Shown here: positions 24,442-38,665 of the stretch, in pieces
Layout: every line of letters starts with the position of its first letter
Position numbering within the stretch: position 1 is the first letter of the stretch
Assembly: GCF_006345805.1 (NCBI RefSeq)
Contig: NC_042998.1
Coordinates: 70,370,001-70,434,000, forward strand
From: Octopus sinensis
Taxonomy: Eukaryota
Length of the DNA: 64,000 nt
Reading direction: 5' to 3'
Program-made: the position numbers and the translations under genes
The notes under the pieces: model-generated
Database searches by the model: none
What the model saw: the letters and a program-made list of their open reading frames with translations, nothing else
Told to the model about the DNA's origin: nothing

Positions 24442-24757
24442 ATATATATATAGATAGATAGATATATATAATTGCATTACCCCAAAATGTACACACTACT
24501 TAACCAACATTTTACTTTTCACTGTCCAAATATCAACAAATGCTTCTTCCCCACCACTTACTTCTCCCTCCCTCCAAAATTCAGTCTCCAAACTTGAAAT
24601 GATTCCAAATCTTTTCTTTGAATTCTTTTTGTTCCATATACAATTTCATATTTTCTTTGTGTTCAATGAGTTAATTATGCTTTTCAAGTATCTGACCTGA
24701 AACCTATTCACTCTGTTGTCCATTGTTCATCGGATGGAACCTAATTAATTCACTCAC

Positions 24758-24980
24758 GGCCTAACTGGACTGACCCAAACAGCCGCAAGCTGTTTGTCGC
24801 ATTAGAAAAATTGATATCTGAAGAAGCGGCAGCTATCTTGAAATATATCCAAGGTTTACAGACTTCTATATTGTGAGATCTGAATACTATAAAGTCTTTG
24901 TGTCTCAATTTCTTTGTTGCAACTGGAGATTCTTGCTCAACTCTTTTGCTTGTCAATTCTAAAGAATTGTTACTGACCAA
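24758..24980 (-). CDS. Candidate exon (LVSNNSLELTSKRVEQESPVATKKLRHKDF...LRLFGSVQLG)
   Basis: Minus acceptor tttaaattatcgtag, donor GCC|gtgagt, 74 open codons in non-repetitive sequence. No recognised homology. Confidence 0.22.
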
Positions 24981-25699
24981 CTACGATAATTTAAACATGA
25001 AACCTTCAAATAAAATGGAAAGCAAATTGATTTTATTCAGTTCAATTGCTTCAAGAAGAAACTTATAGGTTTATTGTCCAAATTCAGACTCTTCTGGTAG
25101 GTTTACCAATTTAAGAATATCTGACTTTTAGTGAATCAGTAAAAGAACAGAGAAAACTATAACAGTGTAGATTCCAAGACAAACATATAATGGATGTTGA
25201 GTGGTTGGGTTAAGTGTTTGAGTATTTAGCCGTGTCTTTCATTTCCAAGTTCATATTCTTCAAAGGATGTCTTTACTTTTTATCTCTGTTTAGGTTAAAT
25301 GAAATTATGCTAGTAATCAGCACAGGTGTAGCTGTTTGGTTAAGAGGTTTGTTTCTTAACCTCATGGTTTCAAGTTCAGTTCTACTGCATGGAAACTTGG
25401 GTAGTCGTCTTCTACCATATCCCCAGGCTGACCAATGCCTTCTGAGAGGATTTGATAGATGGAAACTGAAAGAAGCTTATTGTGTGTTTGTGTGTCTGCA
25501 TGTGTGAATGTGTATGTGTGTATATATTCATGTGTACACATGTGCATATTTGTAAGTGTGTGTGTGTGCATGCATATTGCTTTTCAAAATGAGAGGTCTT
25601 TCACACAATTAATCCCACTCTCTGGACAATGATGACAGATACCCCCAGATAGAAGAACTCATCAGCATCTTTGGCTGCCATCGGACCACAGGTTTTACA

Positions 25700-26060
25700 T
25701 CAGGACCCAGCAAGGACAAAGGGTTACTCACTCCCAGTAATGTGGTACACAATGCCTATGTCCTCACTCACATGGTTCTCTGCTGACTGAACTGTTATGT
25801 CTCCCTATTGTTGAAAACATGCTAATCCTCTGTGCAGTCACTCTATTTTCTGCACCAGAGTCACTACTTTGTCAATTATTGCTGCTGGAACTACCATTGC
25901 CCATGAGAAATTGTGGAACCCAGCTTTTGTACACAGTATTGGTTGGCTGTTGACTTTCATGAGTGAAGATGCTAGGGCAAGCATAGAATACATAGGCACC
26001 AAGTTGTTGGTAACATCTTATACAAAAGCATTCCTTACACCTATAAACTGTTTGTCCATC
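25700..26060 (-). mobile_element. Possible decayed LINE RT fragment
   Basis: KAGFH...IIDKVVTLVQKIE resembles QAGFR..ST.DQV..L...IE; weak. Confidence 0.33.
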
Positions 26061-26067
26061 ATCCCTC

Positions 26068-26101
<34 letters not shown>

Positions 26102-26666
26102 GTATGTGTGTGTGCTTGTGTATGTGCATGCGTGTGTGTGTGTTATGTGTGTTAAATGAGATGGCGAAGGAACTCAACAATTGGTAAGACATTGTGTTGG
26201 AAAGGATACATTGGAGGGTAATCTGTCTACAAATCATTTGCTATGTCTGTGCTTTCACATTGATCTGGAATTAAAATCCCTTACTAGAAAAGTAGGAAGT
26301 GAATCTGGCTGTAAAAATCCTACCTTGAATTTTGCTCCTTTCTAAGCCATGCTGGCATAGGAAAACAAGCATTAGATAGAATGAAAGAAAAAACATACAC
26401 ACACACACATGCAAACAAACAAACACACACACACACAGATAGATTGATAGCATGAGAGAGTGAGAGAGAGAGAACACGTGGGTGTGTGTGTGTGCGCTCG
26501 CGCACACTCATGGAAAAAACTAAGCCCTAATCAAAATAAAGTCTTCAAAACATGTTTAGCTGTGTCAAAGTATATTTATTTTAAAAGATTGTGATACACA
26601 CACACACTTATATATGTGTGTGAGTGTGTGTATTGATGTATCTGTATACATACATGCTCACAAGTC

Positions 26667-26716
<50 letters not shown>

Positions 26717-27039
26717 TACAGAACATTTTATATATATACACCTACAGAACATTTAAGGAGAATTTGTGGTGGTCCATTTAAGGCAAAATCTGTTTAGTGA
26801 AGTTCGTAAGTAACATACATTTATGTATATGTTTGTGTGTGTGTGTATGTGTGTGTGTGTGTGTGTGTGTTGCACTTGTGTGTGTGTGTGTGTGGTGTGT
26901 GTGCTTGTAATGTGTCTTGATATCTGGTAGTGATGATAACAGTGGCAGTGATAGTAATGAGTGTTGTTAAGGTGGTGGTGGTTGTTGTTTTCTAGTAGTA
27001 GTAGTATTAGTAGTAGTAGCAGCAGTAGTGGTGGTAGTG

Positions 27040-27084
<45 letters not shown>

Positions 27085-28739
27085 ATGGTGAGAAGGGTGA
27101 CAGCTGTATATTTTGATAGAGTTCTGTTGTTTCATATAGTTTGTTGTTTCTGTGAATAGAATACTTCCAGAATATTCCAATATGCCAGTCACACTCACCT
27201 CACCACACAACATTGCACATATACAGTTGCACTTAATTGGGGTCAGAGGCCAGCTTTTAAACAGGATTTGGTGGGGTTGGGCTCTCTGTATAGCCTGTCA
27301 TCTGTGGGAGTTCCTTATATACACACACACAAACATGTGTATGAATATATATATATATGTGTATATATATTTATATGTATCATCATCATCATCATATGTC
27401 TGTTGACGCACACACATATATATGATCATATGTGTGTGTGTATACATGCACACACACACAACACTTAATTTTGTTTGTGTGTGTAAGAGAGAAACAATGA
27501 CTGCCTGAGGTTATAGCAGAAAACACTGACCCAATGTGCAGCCCAGTGAGACTAAACTTGGAACCATGTAGTGGCAAAAGATGCTTCTTATATTGCCACA
27601 CCCACTCCTATAATATATATACATATATCATGTTTACACACATGCATTTGCCTTGCTTTTTGTCTATTCCCATCATCATCACTGTGGGTTGTGGTGGATC
27701 AAGGACACATGCTTCATCTCCATCCATCGATTCCTGTCTCAGTTTATGGTTGTGCATTAAACCAAAGGTCTTCCGGTCCATTCTTAGATGACGTCTAGCC
27801 ACCATCTTCTCAGTTTTCCTCTTTCCTCATTCATAAAGGTGCATGGCCAAGTGGTTAGGGTGTTGGACTCATGATTGTAAGATTGTGGTTTCAATTCCTG
27901 GACCAGGCATCGTGTTGTGTTCTTGACCAAAACACTTCATTTCATGTTGCTCCAGTCCACTTGGCTGTCAAAAATGAGTAATCCTGTGATGAACCACTGT
28001 CCTGTCCAGGTGGGGAATTTATAAGCCATGGAAACTGGGAAACTGCCCCTTAAGATTTGGCATGATTCAAAAAGGTAACTTTAATTAACTTTTCTCTTTC
28101 TTATTGACTCTTCCTTCTAAGATGTGGGTGCTCAGGTTCTGAACTCTAATAACATGCCTAAAATACTGAAACTTTCCCTTCCTATCAGCTGCCCAAAATT
28201 CTCTTTCAGTTCCCATTTTCTCAGGCACTGACTTGTTTGTTTGATTGTCAGTTCAACTGATCCTCTCTATGGTAGCTTGTTTTTTCAAATGCTTTCAGTC
28301 TGGGTCTTCAGGAGCTTTAATTAGATCTTCAGGAGCTTTAATTTGATCCTCTTAATTAGAAGATTTTGCTTTCCCGTTTGTATTGAGTAATTTTAATAAT
28401 GGCCTCATGGAGGCAATGACAAATGACCAAGACCTTTGACATTATGCTGTGCTTGAGTAGAAGACCCATCAAGACAAATGAAATCTTAGGGGTAGCTGAT
28501 ACAGGTGTCATGCAACAGGCACCTGTGCTGGTGGCATGTAAGAGCACCCATTACACTCTCATGGAGTGGTTGGCGTTAGGAAGGGTATCCAGTTGGAGAA
28601 ACCATGACAAATCAGACTGGAGTCTGGTGAAGTCCTTCAGCTTACTAGCCCGGGTCAACCTGTCCAATCCATGCCAGCATGGACAATGAATGTTAAATGA
28701 TGATGATGTTTAGTTGTGCTCTAATTTCATGGCCCGTGA

Positions 28740-29000
28740 CACCTGAGTGTTCTTTGACAGCACCTTGATATTTAAGCTTGGTGACATGTTCTAATGTAAT
28801 ACCTTGGCACTAGATGTTGAATGGCTTTGGTGCATTAATTTACATCTGGTATTCACCTGATACACTTTGTACCCTGTCTAGTAATCTCTGTGTAGTGGCT
28901 GTGATGTTGTTGTGATAAGGATTAACTTAGGGGAGACCAGTAGCAAAACTGTTCAGCTAAATAACCGGAATTCTCTTTGCAGTGTTCACTTCCAGAATAT
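28740..29000 (-). mobile_element. Decayed LINE RT C-terminal fragment
   Basis: TQRLLDRVQSVSGEYQM*IN..K.....QGITLEHVTKLKYQG matches LQ.LLD.....S...G..IN..K....LE.V..FKYLG. Confidence 0.5.
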
Positions 29001-29742
29001 AGTTCTAAATACCAGTTATATGTGGTGCACCTACACTATACAAGAATATATTTTTGCTCACACACTCAGTTTGCATGTGTGTGAATGTGCGTGTTTGTGT
29101 GTGTGTGTGTATGTACGATTGAGCATATTCTTTGACCTCCATTCATTCATTCAGCATCTTTTATCTTTTTATCTTTTACTTGTTTCAGTGGCCACGGTGG
29201 GGCACTGCCATGAATTTTTAATCAAATAATTTTACTCAAGTACTTATTTTTGTTGTTTTAAAGCCTGGTACTTTTTCTAGTGATCTCTTTTGCTGAACCA
29301 CTATGTTACAGGCATGCAAACACACCAACAAGCGGTGGTGGGGAACAAACAGAGACATAGAGATGCACACATACACACACACGCACACACACACATACAC
29401 ACACACATATATGCACACACATTTGAACCATTTGAACATTGTTAACGCCAGGGCCACCTGACTGGCTCCTGTGCCAGTGGTATGTAAAGCACCCACTACA
29501 CACTCGGAGTGGTTGGTGTTAGGAAAGGCATCCAGCTGTAGAAACATTGCCAGATCAGATTGGAGTTTGGTGCAGCCGCTGGCTTTCCAGACCTCAGTCA
29601 AACCGTCCAGCCCATGTCAGCATGGAAAACAGACATTAAACAGTGAAGATGACGATATATATATATCCAATATAGGATAAAATTTTTCGAAAACATTCTA
29701 TCAATGGCCAGCATATTAAAAAATACCTTTAAAGGTTAAATT

Positions 29743-30028
29743 TATAAACAACTTATAAACAAGGGCAAAAGAAAAAAATTCTAATGCCAAATATGCCGAA
29801 AATAGACAAATCGTCAATAACCATATAATTTATCACTATAAGCATGCATCTCGAAGTAAGCTGACAGAAATTTCTAAAAGATTCCGTTATTATCATATCG
29901 GTCCCAATTTCAGAGTTAATTCATAAGAATTTTCTCCTTGTCAGCGATAAATACGGTAAGAAATACATGAAACTTATACCCATGGCATTAGAATTTTTTT
30001 TTTTGCCCTTGTTTATTAGTTGTTTATA
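29743..30028. repeat. Foldback element: about 47-bp arms around a ~190-bp loop
   Basis: tataaacaacttataaacaagggcaaaa...ttctaatgcca / tggcattagaa...ttttgcccttgtttattagttgtttata. Confidence 0.85.
29896..29948 (-). ncRNA. Degenerate hammerhead motif in the loop of a foldback element
   Basis: Minus: tatcg-CTGACAA-ggag...ctct-GAAA ttgg GAC-cgata. Stems I and II pair; core and stem III are mutated. Confidence 0.42.
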
Positions 30029-30089
30029 TATATATATATATATATCATTATCATCATCGTTTAGCGTCCGTTTTCCATGCTAGCATGGG

Positions 30090-30126
<37 letters not shown>

Positions 30127-31896
30127 CGACAAGCTTCTTGCAGTTTCCGTCTACCAGATCCATTTACAAGGCTTTGCTCAGCCAGCGCTTTAGTTGAAGA
30201 CTCCCAAGATGCCACAGTGAGAATGAACCTAGAATCATGTTAGTGGGAAGCAAGCTCCTTACCACACAACCACGCCTACACCATATGCCACTCCTGTGCC
30301 ATATTAAAAGTTTGTTGTGACCTGATTATTAACAGCTCTGAATCCTGGTGCCTCCACCTCCATGGTCATTCATTGCCCCATAACTATTTTCTCCTCCACA
30401 CACCTCTGCCTATCTACCACATCTACAGACTGGGTGGTGAAGAAGGGCAGTAGAGAATTAAAAAAAAAACAGCTGATCTATGGATACATTAGGGTATTAG
30501 CTGTTGATACAGTTGACCTATTCATGTTTAAACATCTCTTTAGTAACTACCACCACCACCAACAACAACAGCAACACCGCCACCACCTCCATCATCGCCG
30601 CCGCTGCCGCTCATTTGCATACAGCCAATCAAAGCTCGCCTTGACCATGACAAGTTAACAAACACTCTCTTCCAAGTAAACTCAAGATGAAGAATGGTGT
30701 TGTAAGTCAGCTGATCAAGTTATGCCTGATTTTTGAAGGAGACAAGTAATTAGATAGATTTGCATCTATATCTATTATTGGATTTTGTTAGGGCCCCATA
30801 AGGTAAAGATGTAGATGGGAAAAATGTGGGTAGAGGGTGATGTGCTAGCAACCCTCTCCCCTTATTATTTTAGAAAGTAAACAACACAAATAACTATGCA
30901 GAGTCAGCCATGATTGTAACAAGAACAAGAACACAAGCATTTTCAAAAGAGAAAAGAAGCATGGTCATTCCTTACCCAAATGACCTTATCTTATCACCCA
31001 TCACTTGTTATGTGCTCGTAAATTAATTTAATAGTTGAGCTCTGATTGGCAAATGAGTTCATAACTGGGGTCCGGAACTCCCGTGGGAAAAACAATTTTG
31101 CACCTGGCTCCAGTTGTCAGTTTTGACTCAGTTTCTACAGGTGGATGCCCTTTTTAACACCAATCACTCTACAGAGTGTACTCTACTGGGTGTCTCTTGT
31201 GTGTCACTGGCATAGGCGCCTGTTATATGTTACTGTGATGGGTGCCTTTTCATGTGTCACCTGTATGAGTGCTTCTTACATGTCACCAGCACACTGAACA
31301 AATAAATACAGTTAGAGAATTTACTTATACAAAGATATCTGGATGACCTGGTGGGAAGTGATTAATTGATCCAGAAAACAGAATTTAATGTTAGAAGAAT
31401 CAATGAGGAAGTGGTAGATCAATATTTATTTAATTGACAATATCATTTTACGAGTTCCATTCATTACACGTTAATAAACTCAGACATTTGTCAGGTCAAG
31501 ATGGTAAAATATCATAAAACTTTGCTAAGGTGTTGGTGGCAATAAATTAATTAGGGCCCACTGATGGTTATTTCAAAGAAGATTTCAGCTGTTAAGAGTG
31601 GGACTTCGGGCTATGATAAAGATAGAGAGAATGTGGGGCCGAATGTGAAGTCAAGTGACTGATGTCTCATCTACAAAAATATACAAAGATATACACAATC
31701 AAAACTATGCATGAATATACATGCCAATATATGTACATAATATATATATAATTATAATTTAGGGTATCTAAGAGATACCACCACGCTGGAAATAGCAGCC
31801 AAAACTTGACTCTAAAACCACATTAAATGTTCATACAGCACCAGGAGAAAAGACAAAAAGTCAAAATAAACTAGCAAAAAATTACTGGATAATTCC

Positions 31897-31927
<31 letters not shown>

Positions 31928-32347
31928 ATATATATAGGTAGATAGATATAGATATATACACAACTACAAAGTAAATACTTATGTATGCACATATACATGT
32001 ACAACCACACACATAAACCTACATACATACATGGATATACAATATATAAATATATATATATACATATATATAGTAGTAACAGAAAAGAGGAATTTCAATT
32101 ATCCCCATGTGAGTTGTAATGTATATAAGAAATTAAAAAAGGAAAATACGCACACTTACATAATGTGTGCATATATATATATGCACACACAATCACACAT
32201 AAAAAATCACAGGCCTGACATGATTTGTCCAGAAGTGAATGACAAACGCTGTCTACATCTTCAACTGTATTTAATTAATGTCATTAAAGTAACATTGATC
32301 TGGTTCCAGTGTTTCATGCAACTGATAAGATCCATTTCTCATTTCAG

Positions 32348-32443
32348 TCGAAATCCTTAAGTCCAGTGCGGAATGTTCAGAGCCCGACCCTTTATGGATA
32401 TATGCCCCGTGGAACACCCCCACCTCTTCCGGCATGTCCTCCG
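32348..32443 (+). CDS. Internal coding exon (96 nt, phase 0-0) of an unidentified gene; SKSLSPVRNVQSPTLYGYMPRGTPPPLPACPP
   Basis: Acceptor ccatttctcatttcag, donor CCG|gtaagc. GC/CpG-richer than the flanks, open frame, phase-compatible with the exon at 37507. Confidence 0.75.
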
Positions 32444-32832
32444 GTAAGCGAATCATACTGCTATATCTATGTGTCATATGCATGTATGTATATGTGTATG
32501 TGTGTGTGCGTGCATGTGTGTGAGTGTGTGTATATATACATATATATATATATATGTGTGTGTGTGTGTTATATATACATATATATGTGATTATATATAT
32601 ATATATATATATAATATAGGTGTATAGCGGTTGAATGTGGATTCATCCTTTAATTGGATGTTTCCAAAAATAGATTTCTAATGTTGATTCTTCATTCTTT
32701 GCTGGGAATTTACATGCATAAATTTGTGAAGATATGAAAGTACTATTTGTATATAATGTATGATGAATTTATGGAACAAAGTTCCATAAATCCCATCAAT
32801 TTTTTTTTAAATGGAAAAGACAAGTTGTTAAA

Positions 32833-33195
32833 GTTTATAAGATGTTTAATTCTTGCAGACGATCGTTTCATACATATATATATAATAATGATATAAATTC
32901 GTGATTGAATTAAATTAAATTAATTAAATATCATGTTGGATATTTAACCATAGTTATGGTTAAATATCCAACATGACTCCCATGTCTTTCTCACATGGAT
33001 ACCAATATGAATCCTAGATCCAATTTTTCTGCTATAATCCATATTTAAGTTCTTTGTTTTATGGTTTCTTTCCTTCCTGCACTAAAGAGTATGCTGATAT
33101 TTAATTAATTTAATTTAATTCAATCATGAATTTATATTATTAGTATATATATATGTACGAAATAATTGTCTGCTAGAATTAAACTTCTTATAAAT
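32833..33195. repeat. Foldback (about 100-bp arms) containing a perfect 22-bp hairpin at 32931-32976
   Basis: Arms 32833-32933 / 33095-33195; inner tcatgttggatatttaaccata-gt-tatggttaaatatccaacatga. Confidence 0.88.
33074..33178 (+). ncRNA. Degenerate hammerhead motif with a long AT-rich stem II insert
   Basis: ttcctgca-CTAAAGA-gtatg...tgtac-GAA-AT aatt GT-C-tgctagaa. The inverted arm at about 32850-32870 keeps GAAAC GATC GTC tgcaagaa on the minus strand. Confidence 0.4.
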
Positions 33196-33248
33196 TGTTT
33201 ATAACAATGATATGTGAAACTGTGTGTGTGTTATATACATATGTGTAT

Positions 33249-33303
<55 letters not shown>

Positions 33304-33432
33304 CATGGAAAATTGATATAAATTGTTGATGACACTGATATGTGAAACTGTGTGTGTGTGTATGTGCATGAGTCTGTATATGTAATCATTTATACTTCTA
33401 TGTACATGTGAAGCATATGTAAACAATTATAT

Positions 33433-33487
<55 letters not shown>

Positions 33488-33501
33488 GTATGTGTGTGTG
33501 G

Positions 33502-34243
33502 AATTGTAAAAAAGGACAGCAAGCATTAAGGCAAGGCAAACATCTCAAGTCATATACATTATTATTAAGAAATTCAAAATCTGACTAGAGTTTCTGGGTG
33601 GTTATCCATGCACACACATACACAGAGTTTAGGATACAGTCAGTTAGTGATAATACATTGTAATTTCAAGTTTTATATTTAGAAGTGCTGAACTATCATC
33701 ATAAGACAAACGAATCTAAACCTCTTGCTCAAATAATAACCACTTATATGAATTGTTCTTTAGTGGCAGGAATGAGGGAGAACTGAGTTTCTAGAATTTA
33801 GAATTACATTACTTGTTTGAAAAGTGTTGCAATGCTTGACTTTCTTAAAGAAAAAAATAGTTTTTATATGTCGCTGACCATTCTCTTGAGGAAGGAAACA
33901 GTTGCATGTTGATACTCTGATGCATAAACCAGCTGGTGATTAACACACACTGAGGACGACTTGAGATGTTTGCCTTGCCTTAACATTTGCTGTCCTGTTT
34001 AACAATTATATATCCACTGCATTGGAAATCTGCAATGGCTCCATAACTACTGTCTCGGCTATAACCTTGGAGCCCTTATAATCCATTACAGCACTTACCT
34101 AGCATACTGAATTGTTTAGATCACCTGTGAACTAAACCCCCATACTTTGTATATATATAATATATATATATATATTATATATATATATATTATATATATA
34201 TATATATACTACTATTATATATATATACTACTTTTATCTCTAC

Positions 34244-34279
<36 letters not shown>

Positions 34280-35266
34280 TGCTTACATATACATCATGCA
34301 ATTAAACATGTACATATACAATGCATACACAATATACTCATGCTCGTATGTATATGCCTCTTTCTTTTTCTCATTCTCTGTCTTTCTGTCCTTCTCTGTC
34401 TCTTGCTCTGTATAGACACACATGTGTACACACACACACACATTCATACATTGAAAATACATCCTGACACAAATTTTTGCATCCAGATGTGCTGCATAAT
34501 CATCAAAGGCTGAACAAACTTAGCTTCGTTCATGAATTTCAGCGACATATAAAAACTATTTTTTTCTTTAAGAAAGTCAAGCATTGCATCACTTTTCAAA
34601 CACGTAATGTAATTCTAAACTCTAGAAACTCAGTTCTCCCTCATTCCTGCCACTAAAGAACAATTCATATAAGTGGTTATTATTTGAGCAAGAGGTTTAG
34701 ATTCGTTTGTCTTGTGATGATTGTTCAGCACTCCTAAATATGAAACTTGAAATTACAATGTATTATCACTAACTGACTGTATCATAAACTCTGTGTGTGT
34801 GTGTGTGCATGTGTGTGTAATACACACACACGCACACATACACACATGCATGCATACATACATACATACATACATACACACACACACATACACATGTATA
34901 TCATAATATTAGTGTTGTAAACTCTATTAAAATATATTTTACTCGATGCAAATATTATCTGATATTCGACTCACTATGCTGGGTAGAGTACATAAATGTG
35001 TTTCTTATATCAAAAGTTGACAGTGTACACTGAAAATCCACCCCAGGCTGAGCTGCTCAATATATATGTGTGTGTGTGTGTGTATAGAAGAAGAGAGATG
35101 GAGAGAGAGAAAGGGAGAGAGAATGAGGAAAAGAAAGAGAAGGAAAAGTATAAACAAGCATCAGGGCTATATTGTATATTTTTATCAATGGAAGTGTTTT
35201 GATTGAATCTGACCATTCTCTTGAGGAAGGAAACAGTTGCATGTTGATACTCTGATGCATAAACCA
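33502..35266. repeat. Interleaved inverted and direct duplications
   Basis: IR 33502-33551 / 33958-34007; IR 33620-33877 / 34539-34796; identical 58-bp direct repeat 33874-33931 / 35209-35266. Confidence 0.88.
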
Positions 35267-35301
35267 TTCTGGCTATTTATGAATGAATTGATAACAACAA
35301 C

Positions 35302-35336
<35 letters not shown>

Positions 35337-35656
35337 TGATGATAATATTAATATTAGTTGTTCCTGCATGAAATATCTATCTTAGGCCCATCACGTCTCT
35401 AATCATAAAACTGTGATAACATGTCACTGAAAACCAACCAAGTCAAGTTTCAATACCTGCTAGCACAGATAGCTGTGGTTCAATCTAAGGTTAATGCTAA
35501 AGATTTCCTCTTTTATCTCTACTACCATCCTCTTTCTCTCTCTCTCTGAATGATTTACCATTTATTGTTCTGATCCAATGAAAAACTGTTGTTTTAGCAA
35601 AAACAACAAAGCCAACTAGCAGCTACCACCAAAACCACCACCACCACCACCACCAT

Positions 35657-35722
<66 letters not shown>

Positions 35723-37506
35723 CTCCACTGCTGCCACCACCACCACCACCACCACCACCACCACTGGCTGATACTTTTGTACCAAATTTCATAATTTTAT
35801 CAGGGAAGTCAAAAGATAAAGGATACTGGCTTTGGTGCCTGTTTCCAGTGATTGGTTGGGGAATTCTTTAATAAATACCAAAAACCAACATAGGAAACAT
35901 CTGATTGGAGCTGTTAATGAAGTCTTAAAATATTTTAGATTGTGGTGTAGGCCAACTGGAGTGTAATTTTAAGATCTGTTACCATTTTTGATTCCATCAT
36001 TGTAACATGTTCTGTTATCTTTAAGCACCAGGCCGATGTTTATTTTCAGAGCTAATCTAAGTTCAATAGAGCACACCGAGTGTGAGGAATATCTTACTAC
36101 ATAGGCCATTAAGTAGTTTTTCAAAGAATCTTTTACTGAATAATGTTTTGTCGATGGAACTGTTTGCTAACTTTTCTGATGAGGATTAAATATTTGAAAT
36201 CTGACAGAGAGTGGTAGACTTGATTCCAGCTTTTACCATTCTCATGCCTGCTTTGTTCCCTTAGCTACAAAGGATTTCATTGATTAGGATATCTGTTAGA
36301 GCTAATTTAATATACAGTTAAAACTTATGCAGCAAGCAAAAATGGTTGGTTAGATATGGTATTGAATTACCAGCACATGTGTTTGCAAATTCATCTCTGC
36401 TACAGGCGAGTGTTATTGTGGTTTTAGAGGAAATGCTTAACCCTATTTATTTCAATTTACTCAGTCAAGTGTAAAAGCTAATAAGGCATTTAGGGAAGAT
36501 TGCTGTGATGGGCTAGCAATCTATCCTGGTGAAAAATATGTTCCTCCTCTCATGTTATTCATAGAGTCATAATTAACATGTAAATTCCTCATAAGACCTG
36601 GGAGGGTTTTAATGGTGAGAGTTTTACTCCAGTTTCATTATGTGAAATGGATAAGAGTTAAATCTCCAGTAAAGGATACCAGCATATTACTGGCAACATC
36701 CCCAATTATTCTCGTATTCATTTCACAAATATCTAAATGAATGAGTGATGATGAATAAAGTGTTTGCTCCCAGGGTCATGATAGCCCCTGCAATGAATTT
36801 GAACTGATGTTCCATGAATAGACTCTGTTACAGAACATGTCTTCTTTGACCTTCACACACACTCACACACACCAGTTCAGTGATACATTTACTGTTATAT
36901 CAAAGTTACACTAAATCATATCTCTTTCTCAGTTACACATTGTTACATGAAGCAGAGTAAGAATGTGTTACTCTGTTTCTCTTGTTTACATTTCTCTACA
37001 TTAGTATGTAATGATTCTGTGTTTCATATTGCAGTCATTGAGGTACCTACTTCTGTATTAAATAATCCAGCCAGTGTTACATCATCATGTTGTATGTGAC
37101 AGCTATTGTAATATAAACATTGAAATATAATCCTTCTGTGTGACACATTGCAATAATAGATCCAATCTCTTTTGTGTTATGGCAGATCTTATTATATCAG
37201 GTTAAATGTAACACTTGTTACACCACCGTGTTATATGTAACAATAACAGGATTGATTGTTATGTTGCTTGTCACAGTTGTTGTTACTTGATGAACTGAAA
37301 AACAATGTTTCCAATTGTCTGTTACACTGCTGTATCACTGTAACACTAAACTTATATCTCTAGCTGTGTATTCTCAGTTTACATGTTAGGACCATTATTG
37401 TGACAATGTAACACTAAATATATCAAATATATAACAGTTACATTTACAGCCAATATTACATCACCGTTATACCTTAAAAACATCTATTCTTTTTTTTTTG
37501 TTACAG

Positions 37507-37571
37507 CCGTCTTCAAGTCATCAGGAAAGATGTGCCGAATTAGAGAAACACCTGAAAGGGGTTCATTTAAG
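37507..37571 (+). CDS. Internal coding exon (65 nt, phase 0-2); PSSSHQERCAELEKHLKGVHL(R)
   Basis: Acceptor ttcttttttttttgttacag, donor AAG|gtgagt. Joins in frame to 32348-32443 and 47586-47638. Confidence 0.75.
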
Positions 37572-38665
37572 GTGAGTACTCTACAGGGGTCTTTTTCCAA
37601 CTGACATTTATCTGTATTTAAATTACCCAGTATTCCCTAGTGATGTTGAGCCAGGCTAAATCTAAACACATATACCACCACCATTGTTGTTGACATCATC
37701 ATCATCACCATTGCTGCTACCCTGCTGTCATTGTCACTGTTATGTTTTACTGTTACTTTTTCCTTGTGGGTCGGACACGTCTGTTGTATGAATACCCATC
37801 TCACTAATCTCACCCTGTTCTCCAAACTTCTTCAGTTCTTCACTTCTGCCCGAAGACACTCACTGTTGAGACTCAACACTTTTATATTCAGCCATCGTTT
37901 CCATTCATATGTTTTTATACCTGTACAGTAATCTGTCACACTTAATTCCATAATTGTGCCCCTACATTCTTGTAAACATTACACATCCAAATGATCATAC
38001 TTTTACATGCTTCATACAATCTGCTTATAATGAATTCCTGCATTCAACACTCACATCTCACTACAATGTAGCATCACCTACTACTACAGATCATTCACAA
38101 CTTGGATATTTTCAATTGCTAACATAACTAGTTCTATTTGTTATCATATTTGGTATACCAATTTAGTTTTCTGTGCTAATTAAGAAAATGAAATTCATTT
38201 TTATTATAAATAAATAAAAAGTTAATAACTTTTAAAGTTTGCAAATTTTAGGAAATTTTAGCCAAGCAAAAGCCACTAATATACACATGACCGTAAATCT
38301 TACATTGATGTCTATTTCGATAGTAACAAGTAAAGTTGTAGTCTACTCAGTTATCATTGTAACAAGGACATTGTACTTGAGGGACTGACACTTTCACCAC
38401 TGCAACTACCACCACAAGTTTTGACAAGCAATGTCATTTTTGGTTTGTGTTATTTCTGTTTATCAGTTTGTGTTTAGACAGTTATCTCACAGAAAATGTA
38501 TGCCTTGATTCCTATAATGATAATAAATAATAATGAAATTATTGTATACAGTGCTCATATGCACCACAACTTGTCAAAAGTGCATATAAAGCATATGCAG
38601 TAATATACAAAAAAAAAAAGAAAAAAGAAAAGAATAAATGGTCTAAAATACCTGGAGAAACTTAC

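Noticed and set aside
24760-24880. + frame PNWTDPNSRKLFVALEKLISEEAAAILKYIQG, superficially SEA-domain-like
   Set aside because: An in-frame stop lies just upstream and no acceptor would include the DPNS motif; it is the antisense register of the minus candidate.
33874-33931. Hammerhead reading of the 58-bp duplicated segment (ttgagga..gaaac..ctgatgc)
   Set aside because: I could not form stems I-III in a type I, II or III arrangement.
36165-36210. CTGATGA...GAAA motif
   Set aside because: No stem III or NUH site and no stem I; chance match.
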